Source: Octopus sinensis (taxonomy: Eukaryota). Taken from it: a DNA stretch of 64,000 nucleotides. Under the pieces are notes generated by a model. That model was not told the origin of the DNA, did not search any database, and worked only from the letters and a program-made list of their open reading frames with translations. The position numbers were made by a program, and so were the translations under genes. Numbering within the stretch: position 1 is the stretch's first letter; every line of letters begins with the position of its first letter. The stretch is taken from the NCBI RefSeq assembly GCF_006345805.1, contig NC_043022.1:558001-622000 (forward strand). Reading direction: 5' to 3'. Positions 35,950 to 48,319 of this stretch are shown here, piece after piece.

Positions 35950-37112
35950 TTAATTTTTTGGCTCAAAAAGCAAAAAAGCAAGGCCATGTAGGGGGACATG
36001 GAGTTATGTACAGGGTGGTGTTCCTGTAAAGAGTTCAGGCCACTTGTGGTCAAGGGAGACTTTGAACCGAGCGGTCGTCAGCATCTTCACCATCTCGTCC
36101 GGCAGCTTATTCCACGGATCCGCAACCCGGACGGAGAAAGCCCCTCTCCTTCGATTGAAGTGAAATCGTCGCAGATAGAGCTTTTCGGAATGACCCTGCA
36201 GCCGACGCTCTGGAGCAGGAGTGAAGAACAGCTCTTTCGAGAGGTTACACTTTCCGCTTATGATGTTGTGAGCAAGAATGAGATCACTACGGTGGCGTCG
36301 TTTTTCTAGAGAATAAAGGTCGAGCGTCTTCAGCCTTTCTTCATAAGACAAATGCTTGAGACCAAGAACCATGCGGGTAGCCAGCTTCTGGACTCTTTCG
36401 AGATGCTGTATGTCTTTGAGGAGATAAGGAGAAGAGGCTTGAATCCCGTACTCCAATATGGGTCTCGCCAGCGTGACATAGAGCGGTAGGAATATGGCTG
36501 CTGTGAGCATTCCGAATGACCGTCGAAACAAGAACAGAACTCCGCGTGCTTTGTTGGCAGCATGGACGCACTGGGCCGAAGGCGAAAAGGAGGTAATTCA
36601 CCAAGATACCCAGGTCCTTTACCTGATCGGTCCTCTCCAGCAGCAGACGACCCGGCTCGAAATCAAGTTGAGTTGCAGGAGGAGAGCCAACAGGCAGATG
36701 ACAGCACTTTGACACGTTCAGACACAGGTCCCATTCGTTAGACCATCTCCAAATTTGGTGGAGGCATCGACGAAGATCCTCTATATCACCTCGAGGAGCG
36801 ACCAGTTTGACATCGTCGGCAAATAGAAGGGCAAGTCATTTATGAAGACTAAGAACAATAAGGGCCCAAGTACTGAACCTTGAGGCACGCCACTGCTCGC
36901 ACTGGAGACGTCGGACCGCGAACCATTAACTTGGACTTGGAAGGAGCGATCTGAGAGGAAGGCACCAACCCATTGTACAATATCCGGATTGAAGTTTGAC
37001 AAGTAATAGGCGGTGGTTTACCGAGTCAAAAGCTTTGGCAAAGTCTAATAAAACGATGTCAACAGCATCACTATCATCGAGGATGCGTATAACAGATAAT
37101 GCAGCGTCCATT
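35950..37112 (-). mobile_element. CR1-clade LINE, 5'-truncated RT and 3' end
   Basis: DAVDIVLLDFAKAFDSVNHRLLLVKL, SGVPQGSVLGPLLFLVFINDL, LARPILEYG...LERVQKLATRMV...SYEERLKTLDLYSLEKRR. Frameshifted. Confidence 0.93.
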
Positions 37113-37888
37113 AGGAAACTAACTTGGATTACGAAACAGGTGTCAACTAGTATATGTGCTTGTGAGCGTGTATGTGTGCATGTGCGTGTGCATCTATGTG
37201 CGTTTGTGTGAGTGTGCATGTGTGTGTATGTCTTTGTGTTTCTGTTTGTGTTTGTAAAACTAACATGGATTATGAAACAGCTGTCAACTGTGTAAGTGTG
37301 CGTGTGTGTGTGTGTGTGTGTTTGTGTTTGTACACCATCACAGCTTGACAACCAGTCTCCATAACTTAGCAGTTCGACAAAAGACACCGAGAGATTAAGT
37401 ATCAGGCGGTGCCACAGTCGAATGGCAGAAACTAATAATAGATAAAAGATAGACGACAAAAGATAAAGAAAAAAAAGCTAAAAGCCATCAGCGAGACCCG
37501 AATTTTCGAGACGCACAAACTCGCCCCGCTTCTGCACGATTACGAGGTTGACCCTTCCCTTATTCCAGGCCAAATTTTGTCTTTCTGTTTGCCTTTCCTA
37601 TTTTCTGTGACGTTAAGGGGTCGGTAAAAATAAAGTATTGGTCAAGTTCCGGGGGAATTGATTTAATATGGTGGAAGAACCAGCAGAAGACCTCGGTTGG
37701 ATTATTTTCTCGCTCTGAAGTGAAGAGTAAGCTAGTGTTTGTGAGACACACAACTGGCAACGATTGGAAAAAGATGATGATGGGATGATGGGTGGCGGAA
37801 CAGGAGGAGCATTATGATGATGAGAAGTGGGGCGAGTGAAGTTGATGACGACGTAGGCGAAGATGTCGACGATGACGATGATAATGAC

Positions 37889-37926
37889 TACGATGATGGT
37901 GATGGTGATGATGGTGATGATGATGG

Positions 37927-37957
<31 letters not shown>

Positions 37958-39176
37958 GGTGATGGTGTTGGTGATGGTGATGGTGATGGTGATGATGGTG
38001 ATGGTGATGGTGATGATGATGATGATGGTGTTGGTGATGATGGTGATGGTGATGATGGTGATGGTGTTGGTGGTGATGGTGATGGTGATGATGATGATGG
38101 TGATGATGGTGATGGTGATGGTGTTGGTGATGATGGTGATGGTGATGATGATGGTGATGATGATGGTGATGATGATGGTGATGGTGATGATGGTGATGAT
38201 GATGATGGTGGTGATGGTGGTGATGGTGATGATGATGATGGTGATGGTGATGATGGTGAAGGTGATGGTGATGGTGATGATGGTGATGATGGTGGTGATG
38301 GTGGTGATGGTGATGATGATGATGGTGAAGGTGATGGTGATGATGATGATGGTGAAGGTGATGGTGATGATGATGATGGTGAAGGTGATGGTGATGGTGA
38401 TGATGGTGATGATGGTGGTGATGGTGGTGATGGTGATGATGATGATGGTGGTGATGATGGTGATGGTGGTGATGATGGTGATGATGGTGGTGGTGGTGAT
38501 GATGGTGATGATGGTGATGATGGTGATGATGGTGGTGGTGGTGGTGATGGTGATGATGATGATGGTGATGATGATGGTGATGGTGGTGATGGTGGTGATG
38601 GTGATGGTGTTGATGGTGGTGATGGTGATGATGATGATGGTGGTGATGATGGTGATGATGGTGATGATGGTGATGATGGTGGTGGTGGTGGTGATGGTGA
38701 TGGTGATGATGGTGGTGATGATGGTGATGATGGTGATGATGGTGGTGGTGGTGGTGATGGTGATGATGATGATGGTGGTGATGATGGTGATGATGGTGAT
38801 GATGGTGATGATGGTGGTGGTGGTGGTGATGGTGATGATGATGATGGTGGTGATGATGGTGATGATGGTGATGATGGTGATGATGGTGGTGGTGGTGGTG
38901 ATGGTGGTGATGGTGGTGATGGTGATGGTGTTGATGGTGGTGATGATGGTGATGATGATGGTGATGGTGGTGATGGTGGTGATGGTGATGATGATGGTGA
39001 TGGTGGTGATGATGGTGATGGTGATGGTGATGATGATGATGATGGTGGTGATGATGGTGATGGTGATGATGATGGTGATGGTGGTGATGATGGTGATGGT
39101 GATGATGATGGTGATGGTGGTGATGATGGTGATGGTGATGATGATGGTGATGATGGTGATGGTGATGATGGTGATC
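37889..39176. repeat. ~1.3-kb (GAT/GGT)n compound trinucleotide tract
   Basis: Almost exclusively GAT and GGT triplets with higher-order blocks of about 60-70 bp. Confidence 0.97.
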
Positions 39177-39754
39177 ACGGCCAAGACAACGGCGGCGGCG
39201 GTGGTGGTGGTGGCGGTAGTGGTGGTGGTGGTGGTGGTTATGATGACGACGACAACGATGACGAAGAGGAGGAGGAGAGGAGAACGTTGATGGCGATGAT
39301 GACAATGATGATGATGATCGTAACGGTGGTGGTGGTGATGGTGATGACGACGACGAAGACCGTGACGAGGAGGATCATGCTCTTCATTGCCATCATCATC
39401 ATCGTCATCATCATCATCATCGTCATCATCATCATCGTCGTCATCACCGTCATCGTTTCATACATTCAAGAAGCTGACTTTACACATTAACGTAGCAGGA
39501 ATTAAGCTAATTAAATCATATCTCATTACAACAACTTCCATATCGAACCCTGACCCCACTAAGAAGGATGAAAAGATACAAATCAACGCACACACACACA
39601 TACCACTACCACCGCCGCTACCTACATCACCAACCCCGCCACCACCACCGCCACCAGGTTTCGAAATCGCGAACATAAAAAGAGCTAATTAGGAGCACGT
39701 GAAACACACCATCTTGCCAAACAGTCACAAAGGCATTCAGTCACTGTTTCTTAT

Positions 39755-39792
<38 letters not shown>

Positions 39793-39877
39793 AATATATA
39801 AATATACAAATATATACATATACAAAGACACATAATATGTACATGAGTTTTGCATACAATACATATATACGTGTATA

Positions 39878-39974
<97 letters not shown>

Positions 39975-39984
39975 CTTCAGTTGC

Positions 39985-40392
39985 GTCTATAGCACAACTT
40001 TTGAGGGCCAACAGATAAAAACTGCCTGCCCATCCCTGCCCATCCCGGCCAAATGAAAGCAATGAGACTTCCTTCGCCATGGATTCCGCTGATAGCCGGA
40101 TACGTCCCACACATAACAGCAGGTGTTGACTTTGGTCGTTAAGTTAACCAAGCATGTACATTGGACTTGCGTCAGTGCAACGCTTTCATTGCTTCGCATG
40201 CAACTCAGGGGCTTGGCTGACGCACTTCTGTACGTGTTCAGTTTAAGTCGAACTGGCAATGCTGGCAAACCAAACCATATTTCTGAAAAGGACCCATGGG
40301 CTCCGGCTCGAAAGTTTTCTGGAACAGATGAGACAACTGATTTTCATCGATGTCCCGACTTACCTCAGAACATCGTCGCTTTTTCTTATCCC
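39985..40392 (-). mobile_element. Tx1/L1-clade LINE fragment
   Basis: LFQKTFEPEPMGPFQK...ALPVR.KLNTYRSA..C..SNESV..VQC and GRIRLSAESM; similar to the 16.8-kb copy. Confidence 0.7.
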
Positions 40393-40699
40393 TAGTCTAC
40401 TATAATAATACTCTTGTGTTTTTCTCCGTCACAACATATGAATGAAAAAGGAAGGGGTGATAGATGAATAAGGAAGGAAGGGGTGATAGCTGAATAAGGA
40501 AGGAAGGGATGATGGCAAACTGGTGGGATGGTGAACATTCCGCGCCGAAAAGAAAAATCAAACAGCGTTTCAACTCTGTGTGAGTATATGTTTGTATGTG
40601 TGTGCGTGTACAAGGGAAGTATGTTTATGTATGTGAACATTGACAAGTGTATTGATTTGATTTGCCATCCATATTTATATATAAAATACTACAATTAGC

Positions 40700-41400
40700 C
40701 GTCATTTTTTACGGCACGGGGCCGGTTAGTCTACTATAAAACACCAGCGTGACACTTCCGCCTACTGAGTGACAGAAAGTGGTAAGCGTTTGGCAACATT
40801 CCAGATGTCGGGTGCCCTCTTGTTGTCTTTGCTTGACCCAGAACTGTAGCTCTGTCAAAGAGACAAGCTGTGAAAGAACGCATCTAAAAAACACCGATCA
40901 CGCACGTTTGCCACATGTGATAGCGCAGCCTCGGCGACATGGAGGTATCGCAGTCTCAGTGCATACATACGCATCAGCAACCACGGCATGTCCAGCCCTA
41001 TACAAAGCGTTCGCTGACAGCAAATCGGGTGCCTGGACAATGGAACAAGTTTTTTTTTCTCCATAAAGCAGAAGAGCAGACACCCCAGTCCAGTCAAATG
41101 TGAACTGGGTCAAAGCACAACCGTCAGCTGATAATAGATGACGGGGATGATGCAGATGTTTGCCAGCCCAGCCCGCCTTTGAAAGATGGCTTGCTCCCAG
41201 CTTATTTCGGGATGAGACTGACCAATCTGCTCATTCCAACTTTTTTCTACCAGGAGATTTGGACCAAACCAGACCCCAAGCAATTTTACTGGTCCGTCCG
41301 CCCAGCATCCTACGAAGCTGTTGGACAGCATCGACCAGTTTCTCCAGGTGTCGAGTTGCAGACCCACCGGTTTTTCTTGTTATTACCTAATATCTATTCT
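40700..41400 (-). mobile_element. Tx1/L1-clade LINE fragment
   Basis: PVKLLGVWFGPNLLVEKSW...ANICIIPVIYYQLTVV (RT C-terminal region) and downstream zinc-finger region remnant. Confidence 0.7.
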
Positions 41401-42189
41401 CACTTAGAAGAAAACAAGTTTATTTCCTAATGAACAGGAAGAGTGCCGGAGAAATTCAAGAAGGACGGAAGATGAGAAATTGATCGATTCACTGATTATA
41501 AGAAGCAGCAAGACGGATTTGTTTGGTGATGTGGTGGTACAACTACAGAAAGTAAATGACATGGTCCTCTCCCACCTTCTCCCACAACACATACACACAC
41601 ACAAACGCGCGCGCACACACAGATATGCGGTGGTGCGTATCTTTGTGGTTAAGGTGTTGAACTCGTAATTGTAAGATTGTGGTTTCGAGTCCTGGACCAG
41701 GCGACTCGGTGTGTTCTTGGCCAAAACACTTCATTTCATGTTGTTCCACTCCACTCATTTGGCAAAAATAAGTAATTCTGTGGCAGACCGGCGTCCCGTT
41801 CAGGTGGGGAATATACGCGCCATTGAAACCGGGGAAACCGGCCCTTAACGAGTTTATATGAGGCGGGAAGAAACTTTATTTTACTTTTGCTTTACTTATA
41901 AGAAGATATAAATACGATAAAAATAAATAGAAAAAAGAAAAACGATAACATTAGTAAATATTGGACGGGAAAAGATTGTTGGTAGATAGGAGAAACATGG
42001 GAAAGATCGATATTAGATCAATACTTCTGCGTAATGGAAATAGGTATCGAACAAAACCCTGTACACAATGAAGAGTAAAGTGGTATTCACATTACAGACC
42101 CGAGTAGTTAACTGGTTTCAAGCATTTGAACACGATGAACACCGTGTGCATACACGATAATTGTTAAGGGTTCATTCAGAAAGAGAACC

Positions 42190-42310
42190 CTTGGGCAAGT
42201 GTCCCCTACTATAGCCTCGGGCCGACCAAAGCCTTGTGAGTGGATTTGGTAGATGGAAACTGAAAGAAGCCCGTCGTATATATATATTTATATATATGTA
42301 TATATATGTA

Positions 42311-42368
<58 letters not shown>

Positions 42369-42560
42369 TATGTTTGTGTGTCTGTGTTTGTCCCCCCAAC
42401 ATCGCTTGACAACCGATGGTGGTGTGTTTACATCCCCATAACTTAGCGGTTCGGCTAAAGAAACCGATAGAATAAGTACTAGGCTTCCAAAGAATAAGTC
42501 CTGGAGTCGATTTGCTCGGCTAAAGGCGGTGCTCCAGCATGGCCGCAGTCAAATGACTGA
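42190..42560 (+). mobile_element. SINE family B
   Basis: Head remnant, (TA)(TG)n linker, tail to AAATGACTGA. Confidence 0.88.
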
Positions 42561-42822
42561 CATACGAGTTGACAGTACACAGATAACTGTATGATTTGAT
42601 AGTGGACGGACAGCTATATTAGTCGGCATTTGACGAACAGCTGTACGAGTCGACGGCAGACGGATAGATGTGTGAGTAGACAATAGACGGATACTTGTAT
42701 GGGCCGACAGTAGGCACATAGCTGTATGAGTCGAGAGTATACGATTGGCTATGAGTCGAACAGTACAAGCATAGCTATATGAGTCAATAGTATATGGATT
42801 GTTCTATGAGTCGGCAGTTGAT
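42560..42822. repeat. Degenerate 27-bp minisatellite, about 10 units
   Basis: Consensus approx. AGCTGTATGAGTCGACAGTAGACGGAT. Unit starts at 42612, 42639, 42666, 42693, 42720, 42747 and 42773. Confidence 0.85.
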
Positions 42823-43339
42823 GAATATTTTTATGAGAATCGTTCTCTCGTGGATAGGTAACGAGATCGTGCTTGGGTCTATGGTGCTTGAATTATGGCG
42901 AGATTTTCAATTCCAATTTGGTTTGAAACAAAACGAAAAGACATATGTTGTCAAAAAAAGAAGAAAAAAAAGGGGGAAGGAAAAAAGAGAAAAGAAAAGA
43001 AAGATGAGCATCTTACAAAGAAGGAGTTCAATGGTTTTGAAAGACAACATTTGGATTAGCAGAAATGTCGAAGATCATATTTCGTAAAACGACTGACAGT
43101 TTGAGATAAGATACAGATCGTATCTAACCAAATGGTTGAATTGATTATTTAACAGACAAAACCACAAATAATAGCCGGAGAAAATTGATTCAGTCTGCCA
43201 CCAGCTTCATTGTTTGGTCATTTTCTTTTTTATCATTATTTCGGTGATAACGGAGATGATGCTGGCCGAGTGGTTACGAAAATTTCTTTTGTTTGATAAC
43301 ACAATTCGCATAAGAATGGTTGATATGTTGGCTGGTATT

Positions 43340-43555
43340 GGCCGCAAATTTTGGCATACGGTCAGCAGCTTTAGGGAAGGGTGGTAAGTTGATTACATTG
43401 GCCCCAGTACTAAACTGGTACTTATTTTATCGATCCCGAAAGGATGAAAGGCAAAGTCGACCCTAGTGCCATTTGAACTCAGAACGTAAAGACGGACGAA
43501 ATGCCACTAAGCATTTCGTCCGGCATGCTAACGATTCTGCCCGCTCGCCGCCCTA
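43340..43555 (-). mobile_element. SINE family A
   Basis: Full head, core and tail on the minus strand. Confidence 0.88.
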
Positions 43556-43569
43556 ATATGTTAGCTAAT

Positions 43570-44330
43570 ATTGAGCCGAATTTCCGAAAATATGAAGAAT
43601 TCTAAATTTGCCACACTCATCAGTGCCCATACGCCCACCTTGGACACTCCTGAAAAAGCCAAGGACAGGTTCTACATATCCTTGGACAACGTCACCCGAA
43701 GGATACCCAACTCTGATGAGATCATTCTGCTCAGAGATTTCAATGCCAGGATCAGTAAAAGTCATCTCATCCGGACCGGCTTTATTGATCATCATGGTGT
43801 TGGGAAAATGAATGCCAATGACCTTCATCTCCCAACTCTCTGTTCCCAGCATGGGCTGGTCATTACTAACACAGTCTTCCAGCTCCAAACAATCCACAGG
43901 TCTCCTGGATGCATTCTCGATCCAAATCTTGGCACCTTCTTGACTATGTGATTGTTCGACAAAGAGATTATAGGAATGTATTGATCACCCATACTATGAG
44001 GGGTGATCAATACTTTCCGTTGAATGATCAGATCTCTCCTTCGCCTGACTCTAATCCGAAAATCACAGCCCTTTCCTCTACGATGTAGTTTCTAGCCAAC
44101 CCGGGTTCTGCAACCCTGCACCAAAAATAGAAGGATGCTTGTGCCACCGCTCATCGTGTCATCAGAAATGCTCAAAGCAATTGGTGGTTTCGAAAGGCAG
44201 AATAAATTCAACGTTTTGCAGACGAGAACAAGATGTATGAATTCTACGACTGGGTTAAGAGAATCTTCGGTCCATGCAGAAGGGTGAGAGCATCTTGTGA
44301 GAGCATCCGAAAAAGCACTTTCCTATCAGT
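43570..44330 (+). mobile_element. RTE-clade LINE, AP-endonuclease remnant
   Basis: ATLISAHTPTL...DRFY..LD...IILLRDFNARI...HHGVGKMNAN...LVITNTVFQ, a degenerate RTE APE. Confidence 0.85.
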
Positions 44331-44645
44331 GAAGAGTTTGATATGATTTGAGCCAATTTTAATTGTGAAAATGAAACCAAAAGAAAAAGTTTCGGACTCG
44401 TTTATCATTTACTTGTTTCAATCATTGGAATGTGGCCATGCTGGGGCACCGTTTTAAAGAATTTTAGTCGAATAAATCGAACCCGGTACTAATTATGTTT
44501 CTTTAAGCCTAGTACTTATTCTATCGGGTTCTTTTGGTAAATTGCTAAGTTCCGGGGCCGTAAACAAAGTAACACTGGTTGTCAAGCGGTGATGGAGAAC
44601 AAACACACAAACACCCACACGTAGATTTATACATATATATGTGGG

Positions 44646-44713
<68 letters not shown>

Positions 44714-44881
44714 TTTCCGTAATGAGATAAAAGATCAAGGCTGTGTAGATTAGGACATTTTCTTATTCGCATAATCACCGAACCTGGAATTTAACTATGG
44801 TCTATCTATAGCAGATATTCAGCATCACCTGACACCTTTGGGTCTCACTGACACCATTACCTCTCATAACCTATATATATA

Positions 44882-44923
<42 letters not shown>

Positions 44924-45054
44924 TAATCAAAGGACATAGTAAGTATGTTTACCTGCTTGAAATAACAGTCAAAACTCTTATTAATTCACCAAAAATAGTT
45001 ACATTGGATAATAATAGAATTAAAGACACCTTCGTAAATTAATTTTTCGTGAGT

Positions 45055-45098
<44 letters not shown>

Positions 45099-45141
45099 AT
45101 TTAGGAGAGAGATGGAAGATAGAGGATGCAAAAATGCTTAT

Positions 45142-45249
45142 TAATCACTACAATTGTTTCGACCCATCTAGCATCGGTCTCTCACGAGTGGGATACTTAA
45201 CGACTGGATTCGGAATATCCGTCGGTAGCTGTGCCTCTTCAGGTGATTA
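45142..45249 (-). ncRNA. Type I hammerhead ribozyme, canonical core with long branched stem II
   Basis: Minus strand reads TAATCAC-CTGAAGA-G...C-GAAA-CAATTG-TA-GTGATTA. Perfect 7-bp stem I, self-complementary stem III ACAATTGT, GUA triplet (cut between 45149 and 45148). Confidence 0.75.
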
Positions 45250-45679
45250 CAAGATGTATCTCATTAAAATAACTACTGTTTCACAAAATATTTCCTCAGT
45301 TTGTGTATAGAAAAGCAACAAATTAAGGGATACAGCTTCATTTTTATAGAAGATCAATAATAAATAACAGATGCCAAAAGAAACTTAAACACAAAACAGC
45401 GAAAGAAATTATTAAAGATGACCGTTAACAGATATGGATGTGTAAACGCCCTCGCTTAGATTGTATGGCACGCATACACTCGCTCGTACAAACATCCACG
45501 AAGATAGAAGCATGCGTACACGCCTGGTTTGGTGCACATACGCTCACACAGCGAATTAAATAGCTACTTAGTGTTTATAAGAATGGGAAGGCTAGAGTGA
45601 AATTTAATTCATCAATACCTTAAGATCAATTATGTTTATTAATTTGGTTACTCAATTCATTCCCACTGCATTGTGCGAA

Positions 45680-46125
45680 AGCGCATTTATAAGCATGTAA
45701 GCACCTCGGGAGTCTTTCAGAAATTCTGTTGATCTTCTCATTGGCCCACAAAATAGACAGGGATTCATCGGAGCAGAGTCTGCATCTCCTCGAAAGGCTA
45801 TTATACGGTTGTGTGTGCCTTATTATGAACCAAGTTAGATCATATTTAATTTATCTTCCTTAGGTTGCCACACAAAATCAGCCAAAGATGTTAAATGCCT
45901 CTTGTTGATTTTCTTGAAGCTGGCGACATGGTTGCGATAACGATTCTTAAATGAATCAACCGTAGCTCCTATGTAAACGTACGATTCTCGCCTTGTCTGT
46001 ACGGTATATTTATATACAAGATTTGTACTCATACAGAGGTTCATCAATGGGCATTTTGACTTTTCACTGCATGAGCATTTATTAGATTTAGTTGTATATG
46101 TGGCAGTTCTGACTTCATTTTCCTA
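45680..46125 (-). mobile_element. Penelope-like element, GIY-YIG endonuclease C-terminal remnant
   Basis: Translates CSCSEKSKCPLMNLCMSTNLVYK...VYIGATVDSFKNRYRNHVASFK...CRLC, the PLE linker and GIY-YIG pattern. Contains stops/frameshifts. Confidence 0.85.
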
Positions 46126-46578
46126 CGCGGTTACCGTGTTGGCTATGTCACTATTATTGCTACTATCACGATGTGGCCGCAGCGGGTGTTTTTCATTCTG
46201 GTTTATGTCTCCTTTCTTGGTATATATATTCAACGGGCTTCCTTCAGTTTGCGTCTACTAAATCTACTCACAAGGCTTTGGTCGACCCCGGGTTTATAGT
46301 AGAAGACACTTTCCCAAAGTGCTATGCAGTGGGACTGAACCCGGAACCATGTGATTGGGAAGCAAGCTTCTTACCACACATCCATACTTGCGCTTACATA
46401 AACAAAACCTCACACCCACCGCCAAATCCATAAAAAACTTAGTAGTCAATATAAAAAAATCTCTTACTGGAAGATACTCAATCTAGCCGTGCCCGACTAT
46501 AATGATGCATTAATAAGAATTGACTACAAAGAAAAAATAGAACGTTTGGGAAATGCCCGATAAAATAGTATAAATAAT

Positions 46579-46737
46579 GGTAAAATATTCACCACTTAAA
46601 AGTGGATGCTGCGTTAAAACACACAAATGCTGCGATATTTACCAAAAGAGAAAACTTTCATATGGTTATTTGGTGTATAAAAATAGTATTTGTGTGTTCC
46701 AACGCAACATTCACTTTTAAGTGGTGAATATATTACC
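46579..46737. mobile_element. Palindromic MITE-like element
   Basis: ~55-bp imperfect TIRs GGTAAAATATTCACCACTTAAAAGTG.../...CACTTTTAAGTGGTGAATATATTACC. No TSD seen. Confidence 0.6.
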
Positions 46738-46789
46738 TTTTGGTATTGATATTGCCTCTGTTACTTTATTTATTTTTTGGTATAAATAC

Positions 46790-47235
46790 TGAAAGCGTTT
46801 TCTGGTTTAACCCCCCTTGTAGCATTATTTCAGGAAATAGCAATACAGCCCACGCTTCCCTGGCGATAATCAGTAAATACGCAGCACATATATATATATA
46901 TATATATATATATCATAAACACTTCCGTAGGAACAATGTTAAGATTAGTCACAGCTGCTTAAATAGTTTCGTATCGTAATTCAAATACGTAACCACAATC
47001 CAAGCCATGTAAACAGAAGCACTTCGCGCCAACCGCCGAAATTTTAGAAACACTTCTTCCTATACACTTAATAACATGTGCTTCACAAAGGTACTTGTGT
47101 AGAGAGAAAAACGTATCAACTGCAGATGGCCTCAGGAGAAAGTACATTGACCCTACGAAAGATATCTTTAAAAGCGGACACGCTCAAAGCACCCATTGCT
47201 TTAGGACTAGAGATAAAGTTAACTCCACCATTATC
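46790..47235 (+). mobile_element. Penelope-like element remnant (RT thumb/linker to GIY-YIG)
   Basis: WFNPP...ISK...RNNVKISHSCL, then STADGLRRKYID...IFKS...HCFR, matching PLE WFNPP/KISYSC and GIY-YIG motifs. Interrupted by (TA)n. Confidence 0.7.
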
Positions 47236-47269
47236 CTGGTAAATCTGAAATTTATAGGATATATTTCTT

Positions 47270-47495
47270 TACTACCCACAAGGGGCTAAACACAGAGGGG
47301 ACAAACAAGGACAGACAAACGGATTAAGTCGATTACATCGACCCCCAGTGCGTAACTGATACTTAATTTATCGACCCCGAAAGGATGAAAGGCAAAGTCG
47401 GCCTCGGCGGAATTTGAACTCAGAACGTAACGGTAGACGAAATACGGCTACGCATTTCGCCCGGTGCGCTAACGATTCTGCCAGCTCGTCGCCTT
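47270..47495 (-). mobile_element. SINE family A (tail-B type)
   Basis: Near-consensus copy. Confidence 0.9.
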
Positions 47496-47739
47496 TAAAC
47501 TTATAGGATAGCAACATAATCAACACCTGCTCGGCCCCGCAGGTGTAGCTCTATGATCGGCTCTAGCAGACGGAACCCTTAGAGAACACAGGTATCGCGT
47601 ACAAACCTGTATTTGTATGTATATGTGTGTATATGTTTCTTTTCTGTTTTTAATTATTTAAATTCTTCCTGTGAGGGAGGAGGAGATGGTTTCCAACAAA
47701 GATACAAAGTCCCATCGCCGGAGAAAAGAATGTCACATT

Positions 47740-48265
47740 TTAAACTTGAGAAAAAGTCTGACAAATTTTGACTCTTCCGCTCAAAGATTGTATTTGTGAT
47801 GTTGCGAATCGGTTGGTTGATTTCGTTTTCTGAAAACGCTAGCTTATCCAGATTACTACTCAGTTATTAACCCCCGAAACCAAGTGCACTGGTTATTACT
47901 GGTATAAATGTGATTTTATAATCTGGATACAGAAGCTGAAGGATTCGAAGCAACTGTCCATTGTGATTCTCTTTCTCTTTGATTTTCAAAGAGATATTCA
48001 CATCAGCAGGACAGCCGACCTCTGTGCCGGGACGTACTTCTTTCTTGTCTGTGCCAAACAACAAAGCCTGGTCTGTTATTACACTTGACAGATGTTTCGA
48101 TAGGAACCTTCCACCAGAATTCTTTGTGCCGGTACTTGTGTACGTATTCAATAACAGCGGGCTTCTCTGTATTTATTCCAGGACAGTCTTTTTACCGAAA
48201 GGTATTGTGTATTGTTTCTGTGACAACGTCGTATCGTGTAAGGAGGTAGGACCTTCGCAACATTT
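47740..48265 (-). mobile_element. RLE-type non-LTR 3' fragment (second family)
   Basis: HDVVTETIHN...EFWWKVPIETSVKCNNRPG...EVGCPADVNISLKIKEKEN..GQLLRILQLLYPDYKITFIPVITSALG. Confidence 0.85.
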
Positions 48266-48319
48266 TTAAGCAGTAGCTAATCATGTGTGATGTATGTATG
48301 TATGTATTTACTCTCTTTA

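Noticed and set aside
37613-39490. Four ORFs of 475-558 aa (poly-D/G, M/V, H, I/T)
   Set aside because: They are frames of a GAT/GGT repeat that lack stops; the tract is an expansion inside a dispersed repeat and shows no domain or splice evidence.
42560-42822. CRISPR-like array
   Set aside because: Contiguous 27-bp tandem units with no unique spacers, eukaryotic context and no cas genes.
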